From Amoebophrya sp. A120 (lineage: Eukaryota; Protista; Dinoflagellata), in assembly GCA_905178155.1 (NCBI GenBank), contig CAJINV010000004.1:2378228-2442227 (forward strand): a DNA stretch of 64,000 bases. The letters are read 5' to 3'. Below are positions 27,101-38,300 of this stretch, piece after piece (positions within the stretch are counted from its first letter, which is position 1; each line of letters begins with the position of its first letter). The notes under the pieces were generated by a model, which was given only the letters and a program-made list of their open reading frames with translations, was not told the origin of the DNA and searched no databases. The position numbers and the translations under genes were made by a program.

Positions 27101-27760
27101 GCCTCGCTGGCTTCCCAAGAGGGGGAGGCGTTGGACGAGTTCAGTGGACGAAGTGACGATCTTCTGGAGGAAGGCGGGGAGGACGACGAGGCGGAAGAGG
27201 AAGTCGAATCTTTTACGGCTTCGTCAAAGGTGAAGTATGTTCAGCAGCAGGAGAAGACGGAAAAATCTTCCGCATCTTCATCAAAGCGAGCCAAAGCCCC
27301 CGCGCTGCAGGAGATGCAACCTAGCAACATGCGGGCGAGCAGACGGAGATCACAATCAGACGAGGAGCAAAATAGTAGAACTACACGGCGACAAAAGAAC
27401 GAGAGGAGTGCAAGCAATAACAGCTCTGCTGCGGGTCGACGTGGATTCACATCTTCAGCCACTTATAATTCCTCGTCTGCTGCAGAAGATCAAGATGAAT
27501 ATGCTATTGTTCCAGAAAGCAGAAGCAGAATACGAAAAATCTCTGCCGGAGAGAACGGCGATCTCGCGGTGCGGCCGTTGCAAAGGATTAAGCATTTTCA
27601 CAGAAACACACAAGTGGAAGAGCATGAGAGGCGGATGGAAGAGTTAGCGGGGTCTACTCCTTCATCGAGAAAGAACGCAAAACGGAGGGCAAGGTTGAAC
27701 AAAAACACGACACCGCATCTGCTGGCAAAGGCACGGGCCGCGAATCAGGCTCTCAGATAG
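18119..27760 (+). CDS. Large Cys-rich type-I membrane/surface protein (~2,760 aa after removing 5 TIR introns)
   Basis: Hydrophobic N-terminus (IWAALGAYLFLFP..VVLA); two CSDSCP.A.NG.CEDGG...CPLGTDC.DCG repeats; Thr-rich stalk; TM segment TLVVVVICGFGLALLTCMIVPAC; long S/R-rich tail. Span 9,642 minus 1,353 = 8,289 nt, a multiple of 3. Confidence 0.8.
19687..19937. mobile_element. TIR intron, family A, 251 bp
   Basis: TATCAAATGCAAATATGTCTGGGTCTGGAA...CCCAGACATATTTGCAATGCATA; direct repeat ATCAC; join GDTIT|TGLQIRF. Confidence 0.92.
19994..20245. mobile_element. TIR intron, family A, 252 bp
   Basis: TATCACTTGTAAAAATGTCTGGGTCTGGAA...TTCCAGACCCAGACATTTTTGCATTTGATA; direct repeat CGGGA; join LTRD|TGAALF. 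Confidence 0.95.
21507..21758. mobile_element. TIR intron, family A, 252 bp; near-identical to 19994-20245
   Basis: Family A TIRs; direct repeat GACCA; join DAAT|NVPKCDL. Confidence 0.95.
23354..23664. mobile_element. TIR intron, family B, 311 bp
   Basis: TATCAAAAAGAAAAATCCCCCCTCCCCATATC...GATATGGGGAGGGGAGATTTTTCCTTTTGATA; direct repeat CGATG; join VAID|VAMSLD; opposite orientation to 14700-15026. Confidence 0.95.
25441..25702. mobile_element. TIR intron, family A, 262 bp
   Basis: Family A TIRs; direct repeat GGGCT; join EAGL|FDFAE. Confidence 0.95.
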
Positions 27761-28610
27761 AAGACGACTCGTTGTTGCCCAGGTTTTTGGTTTTATCTGA
27801 AGTTCATCTCCAGTGCTTCTATTCTAACATGCCCGTTGTATCAGTTTTTTTTTTCTTTCATTTACATTTTACATTTTCTTCCCCCTGCTCACCTCTTGCC
27901 CCAAAGAATTTCTGTATGATAGAGTAGAGCAGAATGCGAAAGCTCGCTCATTTGATGCTAATTAAGTACGCAGTGTCGCATTGAAACGGAAAACATGAAG
28001 ATTGTACGATAAGTCATCGAAGATGATATCAGCTTATTGATGTCAATACTTTCACTTGTACCGGGAATCTTCATTCCGTCCGATCTGTTCCGTGGGAATT
28101 TTTCGTCTTCTTCTTCTGGTTTTAGCTCGGTGTGAAGCTGCTTGTGCTGGTACTAGTCAAAAACCCCTTCGCTTTTATTTCAGATTCTTTTCCCCCGTGC
28201 TCGAGCTTCAGCTCTTCGTGCTACTGTTGTTACCAAAAATTCCACGAAGTCGTATATCTCTGTTTGCAAGTCGGATGCCTCCACCTTCGGTCGTGAAAGT
28301 AGAGCTTTTACGTGCGATCAGTTTGTGAAGATGTCGATCCAACAAGTCTTGATTTTCCTTTTCTTGCTGAGCCTATTGCAATTATGCGTACGTGTTGCCA
28401 AAGACCTCCAATGTACTTAATTCTAATTCGGCCTTTCTGTGAAATCGCTTGACTTCTCTCGTTCTATCTTTTTGCGTAGCATACTCATTTTCCGTACACG
28501 ACATGCCCATGGGCCTTAAAGATCCAGTGTGATTTTTTATATAATAGAATTAGAAACCGTGCCTGATCTTCTACTACGAGTAAACTTTCTTTTTCGGAGC
28601 AATCAATAAA

Positions 28611-31600
28611 ATGGGTTGCACGCACTCGGCAGCGGCGAGGCGCCGCCAGAAGCAGTTGGCAAATGGGAACAAATCCGCCACCACAGGCGATCCGGACCAG
28701 TTGCTTGCAGACGGGGTACTAGCTAGGAATAAAGCGGGAAAAGATCTTATTGCTGATGCCGGGTCTACCACTGGCGCCTCTCTCCTGTACAGCACTCCCG
28801 AAGACCTGTTTTACGGAAGGCTGCAACTACTGCAAGACTACAGTGGAAGAATACCGGCTGCGCCAGGTTGTCCCGAAGATCATGCTGTAAGACGCACTGC
28901 TTATCAAAACAGGTTCTTTCTCGACTACTGCACGGAAATGTGGCGCGCGACTCTCCAGAACGCCCTTCTTGAGGATGCCGACGCACTGGAGTCGCTGTTT
29001 CTTGGGGAAAGTCTCGCAGCAGGAGCAGGTGGTGCTGGAAGTACTATCTCTGTTAACAGAGCGAGAGGAGCTTCTGGCAGTGGCCTTATCAGTGCACCAA
29101 GCTCTGGCAGTGTGCAAACGGTGTGGCAAAAGTCCCTCGTAAAACTTTGGCAACAGCTAAAAGATCACGGGACGAGCAGCAGCTGCAGCGACGATCATAT
29201 AGCGTCAAGAAGTGCAGCTGGCCAGAATGTGCGACAGAACCTTCCCAACGGACTACTGCAGCTAAGAGTCGCTGGTACCCCAGTCGCTGACGAGGCCGCG
29301 GAGGCGCAGAGAATGTCCAAAGTGCGCGGTTTGCTCCGAACTTTATGGGAATTTCAAGCGCGGGTGCAAGAAGAAGTGCGGGGGGCTCTGACTGCCGGTA
29401 TTGGGGAAAAAGAGCGCACAAGAGTCGGAGTTGTACCAGCTGGTTGTAATAGCGAAAACGAAAAAAACGGCGTACCTGCAGTGGCTGCACTGCAGTTGGA
29501 GCAAATCAAATTGAGGCAAAGTGGCCCCTCCACAACGAAGAGAAATAAAGAGGTAGGTCAAGACAATACTAGTCCTTCTTTCTCCATCGATTTCATCAGC
29601 ACGGACGAAGATTGGCGGTTGTGCAAGAAAGCCGCACTGTTCTCCATCTTCACGGGCGATTTTTTTCTCGCCGTGGAGCACTTCGGGCGCCGGTTTGCAG
29701 TGTGCCTCCGAGAAGGTGAAGGGAGTTATGAGGGGAACAAAACCACACCGGGCAAGATAAAAATGGAGTCTCTTCTACAGAGTCCAGGAAAACTGTCCGC
29801 GCTAAGCGGTACAACCACACAGAAGCGCTCTTCGGGCATGTCCTTCTCTCCTTCGCCACTGAAAAGGATAAACACGGGCGCTGGTGGGAACAAAGTGAAA
29901 AACACTACAAATACAACCAAAGGCGGTGAAGTCCTCCCACCGACACAGGACTACCTCCGCGTCTACCTGTCTTTCTCGAGAAACTGTGGATCGAGTGAAA
30001 ATGTTGAGACGGGTGGTCTTGAAGACCGTTCGCAGGATAATTTTTTGGCGATGCAAATATCCACGGAGGCAGTTCCTGCTGTTTCCGATAATTCAGCACG
30101 AAGCCACAATCACAAAGAAGTGGAGGTTTCGCTTTTCTCGTCGGCACAGGGTTTTTCTTACCAAACCCCGCGAAATTCCGCAGCCGCGAGCAAGTCTCGC
30201 ACCAGTTGGGGGCCTTTTAGCACGCCGAGAAATAACAAGAAACGCAGCTGCGAGTCTGGTACTCCAGTAACATCACGGGCATTGGGCACGACAGCAGCTG
30301 CCGGGTCGACCCTTCCGGGAGGCGAAGCAAGTGCTGCAAAAGCGCTTTCCGTTGTGGCCGAGCTTTTCGGTACCAAGACAAACCAAAACGACCAAGCATT
30401 TCCTGCCGCATCTTCAAAGTGGCTGGGGGCGCATTGCGTGCAGCAGGCGAGCTGTCGTTGCGCCACTGTCTCCGCATCTACGACGACGGTTGATACGCTA
30501 CTATCGAGTTTTGCACCCGCCACTGGGAGGTCAGCCACGATGTCGGCCTCAACTGTGAAAAGCAGTGCAGCTCCACAAGGTACTAGTAGTGCAACTAGGG
30601 CGGTTGTCGAGATGGTATTTCCCACAGCGGGGCCGAGGAAAATAAGTGCTGCTACAACTACTGAATACACGACGAGTTCTGCTAGCACATCAGCGCCAGC
30701 AGCCTCTTCGAACAACCACTGTACAAAGAATTTACTCGGGACCCTATCCTGTGTAAAAACGTCCCCACCCTATAGCCAAGTTGGGAGATCTGCAACACAA
30801 GTCTCCAAGTTTTGGGAGTTGTGCATGACAAGTTTCCATCTGCAGTGTAGTGCTGGCTAGCAAGGGCGGCCGCATGAGAGAGCCACTCTCCGTCTGGTTA
30901 CAGCATTACAAATTGCAAAACACGACTGGAAATGCCTCTCATACTGATGGAGATGCGCATTACAAATGTTCCTGTCATTGCACATTTGCATGACAGCTCT
31001 GGGGTGGGGACGTTTTTACATATGATAGACCCGAGTCCGCCGGCTGTGCGGGGCCCTGACGACGCAAATCGAGCAGGAGACGGTGTACCCCACCTCCGGC
31101 CTTCTCCGGTCCTTGCTCCGTATCGTATTTAAAAACGTCCCCACGACACCATAGTTGGAATGGAATGCAAATCTGCATCAAGCTGAAAATGTTTCTCATG
31201 CGGAGCCCCATGAGAGGCATTGTCTACCTAGTCGTGTCTTGGAATTTGTCATGCTCCAATCAGCATGGTGTACTAGATCTGTGATGCTGCTCCGCTAGCT
31301 CAAACAGCACTACGCTACGAGTCCAAATCTGTCATGCAAAACAGCCAAACCTTGTGGATTTGTCTAGCCGATTCCCCATCTTGACTATGTGGTGGGGACG
31401 TTTTTACATAGGATACTCCGGGCGCACGACTTACCGAAGCGCATGGCGGTCCTGCTGTGTTTCGAAGAGGAGGACTGTGTTACAAGGATACCAGACGTCT
31501 GGAAGGCGGTAGTGGCAGCGGATATCGTATTGAATAAAGCCGGAAAATGATATTAAATCGGCCGTGTTACACTTACAACTAGTTTCTCTGTTACTGTTTT

Positions 31601-32885
31601 ATGTCCGTTGTCTTTATGCAGGGTGCGTTGAAGTAGTAGACTGCAAGTTGAAGTTGATCCGAGATCCGAGATACTGTTCGGGAATTTTTATTGCTCAAAT
31701 GAATCGAAAAAAGCGAAACGATCTACTTGGAACGTACAGACCATGTACTCGACAATTACTGCTCAGGTTGCCAGTGTGGTGAAGCATCTAATCCGGGCGA
31801 TATCAAATGTAAAAATGTCTGGGTCTGGAAGATTCTAAACTTGTAATGCTGTCTCTCGATTCTAAAAGAATTTGTATTGCATGACCAGCAAAAGGACTCC
31901 AGTGTGTGCTACGTGGAGAGGGCGTTCTCATGCGGTAGATGCATCACAAAGTCCTCTAAAAATCTGTGCTGCTAGGGCATGCATCACAGACATCATGGGT
32001 CATTCAAAATATGCATGACAAACCTGGCAACCTTCCAGACCCAGACATTTTTGCAGTTGATACGCGAAGCCCGCGGACCACGGCTTTTTCACGGATTGCG
32101 TCCTGGCTTTGTTTTCGCCACTAGCATCAACTGCGAGAACTACACCCGCCGGAGCGAACTTCAGAGCTCCGGAAAGACCTACTGCAGTTCTTCAAGAAGA
32201 CGGCCGAAATGTAGTTGAAAACAAGAATTTTCGAGCTCGTAGTAATGCTGCTCTACTTGTGCTCCACTTCGCTTTACTTCTTCGCGTCAGTTCCTGCCTG
32301 CTCCGGTGCGCGGTCGGGTTGTTTAACAGTACAACTGAGACTCCCTCTTCCCAGGGTATCGGTTGTTCCTCATCGGATCAGCAGCAAAAGGAGAAGCAAG
32401 ACCAGAACCGCCCCGAAAATCTTCCACCAAACGACCACCCGAGTGGCCGCGTGAAGATGATCCCGGACGATATCGCAACGGTCTGCACGCACCTAGCTAA
32501 CACCATCCTGCAGCACGCGACGGCCCACCCGCTGATCCTCTGTCGCGCCCTCAGCTACCACTTAGGCGCTCAATTAGGGACGTTGGAAGCGTTGGCGGAA
32601 ATTGGATGGAGGAAACGGAGAGTAGAGTCGTCAACAAGTGCGGGCGGTGGAGGAGTAAAAATGATACCAGAATCAACAACAAAGACAAGCTGCAACGATA
32701 CAACGAATTCGGACGACGAAGAAGCTCCTGTGCGCAAGCTGTTTCCGTTTTGCAACGGATCCAACTTCTTCCGTTTCTTCGGCCCACTCGACGTTGCGAC
32801 ACTGAAGACTTTTTTGGAGCAGAGTCTATGCAGTATTTCTGCGAGACACCAGCACCATCTTCAGGCAGGATCAGGAAGTTGCTAG
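28611..32885 (+). CDS. Hypothetical protein (~1,050 aa) with MGCTHS N-terminus (candidate myristoylation/palmitoylation)
   Basis: ORF 28611 continues through TIR introns 30745-31027, 31121-31415, 31801-32062 and a predicted GT-AG intron 31509-31766 into ORF 32109-32885 (net 3,162 nt, multiple of 3). Without that intron it would stop at 31550. Confidence 0.65.
30745..31027. mobile_element. TIR intron, family D, 283 bp
   Basis: TATCCTGTGTAAAAACGTCCCCACCC...GGGTGGGGACGTTTTTACATATGATA; direct repeat GACCC; join LLGT|RVRRLC. Confidence 0.93.
31121..31415. mobile_element. TIR intron, family D, 295 bp
   Basis: TATCGTATTTAAAAACGTCCCCAC...GTGGGGACGTTTTTACATAGGATA; direct repeat CTCCG; join SLLR|AHDLPK; close relative of 46003-46282. 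Confidence 0.93.
31801..32062. mobile_element. TIR intron, family A, 262 bp
   Basis: Family A TIRs; direct repeat GGCGA/CGCGA (4/5); join HLIRA|KPADHG. Confidence 0.9.
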
Positions 32886-33451
32886 GAACAAATTGGCCTA
32901 GCAAAGAAAAAGGCTCCTAAACGCCGACCAAATGAAAACAAAACGGCAACTAACGGGGCAGAAAAGCACGAAAGGGCGGCCCAAGAGCGCCCCGGCCTTT
33001 TCAGGTTGTGCCCCTTCTACCCTGACGCGCGCGCCCTCGTTCCGTGTGCCAATTGGCGGCCTTCGGTGGCACCAGCGGGAGCAGCGCGAATTTCTATGCG
33101 CGGCTGTGCGCGCATGCCTTCTGGGCTGTCCGGCCACCGGCGTGCTGCTTAGCGACTATCGCGAGGACTATTTTGCGACAAGCACCCTCAAAGCAGACGC
33201 GCCGCTTTTTGACAGACGCGCAGGCTCCGTAGCGGTGCCGAGGGGAAGTCGTGCGAATGTCGGACCAAGCATTGCGGCCCTCTGTGTGGGGTAAAGCTAG
33301 TAGAGGGCCAAACGAGGACTCCTCCGCCCTTGTCTGCCCCAAGGTCGCGAGATGTTGAGTCAGGTCGGAAGAGGGGCGGGGGAATGAACCGACCTGAAGG
33401 CCACAGAAAATGCGAAGGGAAGGGCGAAAAAAGAACAGCAACAGGCGCCAC

Positions 33452-33615
33452 GGGAAGGCCTCGACGGCCCGTCGGGAAGCCGCCGGCCCGTCCTCAGACA
33501 CGGTGGGATTCTCGATTTTTTCCGGTTGGGAGGGGCCCCCAACCGGAGAAAATGGAGCGCCCCACCGTGTCTGAGGACAAACCGGCGGCTTCCTGGCGGG
33601 CCGCGAGGCCTTCCC
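33452..33615. repeat. Long imperfect inverted repeat (~79-bp arms, short loop)
   Basis: GGGAAGGCCTCG..GGAAGCCGCCGG..GTCCTCAGACACGGTGGG..CCGGTTGGG mirrored by CCCAACCGG..CCCACCGTGTCTGAGGAC..CCGGCGGCTTCC..CGAGGCCTTCCC. Confidence 0.88.
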
Positions 33616-33744
33616 GGCCGGTGCGCCTGCACGTAGCTGTATGGCCTGCCACATAGCGGCCCCTTCCCCTTGTCCCTTTCCTTGAGCCTTTCCTTCGGAT
33701 TTTGGTAGATTTTCGGCAAATTTTTGGGAGCTTTCAAAAACGCA

Positions 33745-34365
33745 GAGTGATACGCACTCCGCCTTTTTTTTGACACGCAAAGTGACACGCAGAGTGACAC
33801 GCACACTGATACGCACTCGTCAAACACGACCTGTTTCTCGTTTTTGACGAGTGTGTACTGTCAAACCGCTCTGTAAATTGACACGCAGTGAGTGCGTGTC
33901 AGTGCGTGTCACTTTTACAGACCGGAGAGAGGTTTTGGAAAGTTTTGGAAATATCCTTCACCGACGGTATTGTGTGACACGCACTCACTGCGTGTCAAGT
34001 GCGTGTCACTCTTCACGCCTGTATTCTCGCCACCAGCGATTCGGTCGTGCGTGTCACTGCGTGTCACCAGAATATAGGTGCAAAAAGTGACACGCACTGA
34101 CACGCACTAGATGCGTGTCACTACCATACCGTGCAGGAGAGAGACAACGCCTGTCGTCTTTTGGTCTTCCCCGATGGTATACGGTGACACGCACTGAGTG
34201 CGTGTCACTTTTTGCACCTATATTCTGGTGACACGCAGTGACACGCATTGCGGTACGCAAGTGACACGCAGTGTGACACGCACTGCGTGTCACTTGCGTA
34301 TCACTTTGCGTGTCAACTGCGTGTCACTTTTTGGACTCAACTGCGTGTCAACTGCGTGTCACTTT
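33745..34365. repeat. Dense array of GTGACACGCA/TGCGTGTCAC motifs in both orientations, with a perfect 51-bp inverted repeat
   Basis: More than 20 copies of the 10-mer or near matches; 34048-34098 is the exact reverse complement of 34197-34247. Confidence 0.9.
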
Positions 34366-34473
34366 TTGGACGTTTTGCTTGTCTGAGCGTGTTCATTTTT
34401 TTGCGCCTTTTCTTCCCGAATTCGACTGCCTTTTTTTGCGCCACATTCTGCTTTTTTGAACAACAGAAAATAC

Positions 34474-35027
34474 GGCTTTTTTCTGTACTTTGGCAGCTCC
34501 AAGTTGAAGAAAAAGGCCGCGCTGTATGTTTTGCTGCAGAAAGTACTCAAGACCGGCGCCCCCGCCCTGCTGGCGGGGGTCGGTTGGCCGGCATGGGAGA
34601 GAGCACGAAGCGCCCGGAAAAGGGAAAAGAGGCCTTTTCCTGAAACTTGGCGGCCCGAAGTTGCAGAAAAAGGCCTCCAAATGATTGCCGCGAGCAAGTG
34701 CGCGCGCTTGGTCTGGCTTGGCTTCTTTGGCTCGGGCGATGCTTCCTCGCTATTGTTGGGCGCGCAGCTGGGCGCGCGGTTGGGTGCAAGCCGGCTTCTT
34801 GGCTGCGATAGCTGCGAAGAAACGAAAAGACGAGCTTTTTCTGCAACTTGGCGGCCCCAACTTGTCGAAAAAGCCTGTCAGCCGAGACCTGTTGAACAAG
34901 ACCGCTGCGCCTTTTGCTGCTGCCTGGCCGGAGGGGCCCGGTGACCTTCCGCCCTAGGCCCTCGCATTTGTGCCTGGCCGCTAACTGAGGCCTTTTCTGG
35001 CAACTTGCAGCTGGGAACTTGTCCAGT
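34474..35027. repeat. Four spaced ~45-bp palindromic repeats
   Basis: Approximate consensus GGCYTTTTYCTG.AACTTGGCGGCCC.AAGTTG..GAAAAAGGCC at ~34474, 34630, 34834 and (degenerate) 34988. Confidence 0.7.
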
Positions 35028-35349
35028 TTGCGCGTCTTCTTTTTGTGTTTCTTGTGTTGGGCTCTGGGGCCAAAAGAAACACTTCGACAGCGCCACTCCC
35101 TATCGCCGCCTGGCGTCCCATGGCCATGGTAGTGGACATTTTGAGCGCGTTTCAGAAGCCACCCAGTTGCTAGGCCGATTTCACTCCGAAAGTTGTGTCA
35201 GAATCGCTTCTCCGCTATTTTTCTCCACCTCGTCACGCGAGGATTCCGGAGGGGCGCTTCTGCAAGCAGCGCCAGGTGATAAAATTGTCGCGGCCAGGAA
35301 AGCGAAAGAGCAGGATGAAAGACCCCAAAAGGATTCCCTCTCACTTGTG

Positions 35350-38300
35350 ATGGAGACATTATTTTTGCAAAAACTGGCGAATGCCAATGCTTGCGGTGGT
35401 TTATTTATTTACTCCGGAACCAGAACACGAACACCACCAACACAGCAGCAAGACTTTTTTTTCGACGAATCTCCCCTGCTGGAGGACTCTTCCTCATCCC
35501 CTACCGGACTGAAATTCATTCTGCAACAGCACGAAGTGGTAGATCCACAACTTCTTCCTACCTCGGTCGCGCACGATGATGAAGACGCCCTTCTCGCCAA
35601 CAAACCAGATTCCGACGAAGACGAGCCCAGTATCGACATTCCTGCTGCAATCAAGATGTCGTCGTCGAAAGACAGTCGAGGCTCTTCTCTACCGGATGGG
35701 GCTTTAATATCTTCTCCAGAAAGAACAAACCCCACCGATTTCACACTACCAGCCACCGTTCGCAGCATTCTACAAGACACCGTGAACGCCATTGTCGCCC
35801 AGGAGGCGACGCAGTTGCAGCAGCGGGCGCGGTATAAAATAAATGACAGCGCCGGCGCAAGCGCAACAAGTAGAACTTCGGGTGTTGAGCAGGAGTATGT
35901 TACATTACTCGGAGAAGACGTGGCCGCCCTATTGGCGACATCGGCGGCGAGCGGGGCGGTGCAGCATCCGATGGGAGCTGCCGCGGTCGTGGGATCTAGT
36001 GCTTCTTCTGCAGCCAAAGGTGGAGAACTACATCACGCCAATGGTAACAGCAAGCCCAAAGCCATCAATATCGACGGGGAAATCACGCCGATGGGAAAAA
36101 CCTTCGCCGCCCTGCGGGCCAGCAGCCCGAGTCGCAGGGGGCCGGCGGCGGAGAACGGAACTCGTACAACAGAGAATCATGATGCTACGCAAACGCAAAA
36201 GGAACAACTACAACCAGATGCGGCTAGTAGCAAAGCCAACACCTCTGGTCGTGCACAAGATGATCCTACCAGTGCCCTGCATAAGATATCATCCAATGGA
36301 GATTCCAGCCCGAGCCGGCGGTCGCTGGAGCAGGGCAGCAATGTGTATGGGAAGATTGCCCGGGAAAACAAGTTGACCGAAGTGCCCTCGCTGCTTTCCC
36401 GCCTGACCTACGTGCCCCCCGAGCTGTTGGTGGCGCACTGGTATCCTGTGTAAAAGTCTCGTACTCGTAGTAATCGCAATTATGCATTACAAATCTACTT
36501 GTTAAGGTAAATCCTCATTACAAATTCAATTTGTAATGCTGTGCCAATTTGTATTTCGATTTATACTAGTACGATACTTTTGCAATGCATAACTGGGCCC
36601 TGCGCGGCTACCTCAACGAGCGGCAGGGGGAGGTAGATCTGAGCTTCATCGATTACCAGCAGGCCTACCAAGTCCTCGAGGACGTGTACGGGGATCCGCG
36701 AACCGGGGTGAAGAGGGCGGCCACGAATATAAAGTTTTCTGTTGCAGCACAACATACACATGGTGCTAGCAACGGCAACCACCATCAAAACACGACTCTT
36801 ACCCCCAAAAATAAGACGACGACTACCACCGCCACGACGACCTGTGGGCACCCCTTCGGGCTTTTTCTGTGTTGGAAGCTGCAGCTGATTGCGTTTTGCA
36901 AGGCCGACGTGAAGGGAATTGATAAGTTCGGGGACATTTTCCGCGCACTGCGGCGGTACTGGCCGAGCCCCTTCGCGTGCGGCCCGCCGCCGGGGAAACC
37001 GGTGACTGCAGTGCCGATACTTCATTTTCGTAGAAATAATTTTGTTGAGACAACGACAACGTGTACACAAGAAATTTCTACGACAAGAAAAAAAATCTTC
37101 ACCTCCAGGAACTGCAAGTATTTGCCCTCCTCGGTAGGAGCTGCACAGGGGGATAATAATTCCTCGGACAATTTTCTTACGAGTCAACAGCACCGGGGCC
37201 CTTTAGACCCTGCCACGACGGCCCGGTTGCTGCGGTGGAGCGAAAGTGAATACTACTACGCCGTAGCGGAGGAAGAGGCCGTGATTCCCCCCAAGTCGTG
37301 CGTCAGCTCGCCAAATATACCGTGGAAGTATCTGAACGAGCACGATTCTGGCGCAGGAAGCTTTGCAGCTGGTGGAATAAATCAGGCTCGTCCCGAAGAA
37401 CAATTTCAATTAGGGACGAGTGTCGCCAATTTGGAAAATGATAAATCCGTCACGACCGACATCAACAACTTCCACCTCACTGTAGTCAGCCCCGTGCTGG
37501 TTTTCCTGAAACAGCAGATCACGAAGAACCTGGTCCCCTACTCGGAACAGTATTCCACGTCCCTGCTCCGGTTCACGAAACATAGCACCGCTGTGCAGAA
37601 CCGGTTTGGCACCACGTCGCCGGATATCAAATGTAAAAATGTCTGGGTCTGGAAGAGTCATGCTGATTTTGCATGACGCAGAAGGTCTGGCATGGAAGCT
37701 CTAGCATTACAGGTTTCGAGAAGCTTCCGCAATGCCGAATCCGCATGACAAATCCCCCACTTTGGTGACAGAAATTGGGCAGCTTTTGCTACCCATGCAT
37801 GAGATATTTTTCTGTGTTCTGAAATGTGCATCACAAGTTCGGATTCTTCCAGACCCAGACATTTTTACATTTGATACCGGATGATCTCGATCAGGAAGTT
37901 CGCAAGGGGCAAATTTTTGTGTTCGGCAGCAACAAATTTGGGCAGCTGGGGGTCGGCTGCGGGCCGGACCAAGACGTCGAGTGGTCGTCGCGGCCGCTGC
38001 GGTATCAAATGCAAATATGTCTGGGTCTGGAACAAAGCAACTTGTCATGCTAAATCTGAATCATGTAAAAATCTGTGTTGCGTGATAGATTACCAAAAGC
38101 TGTCCGTGTCCACTTTTGACCTAATCGAGAGGCCGTTTCCCATGCAGGATAGGCCTGATAGAACTCTCACAGAATCTGTCATGCTATGTCCTACATACCA
38201 GACCTCATGGGTCATGGAAAACCTGCATGACACGTCGAGCACTCTTCCAGACCCAGACACTGCAATCCATACGCGGCTGATGGCCCTCGCGACACTGAAC

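Noticed and set aside
34474-35027. CRISPR array
   Set aside because: Repeats are degenerate, spacers exceed 100 bp, and there are no cas genes; kept only as a palindromic repeat finding.
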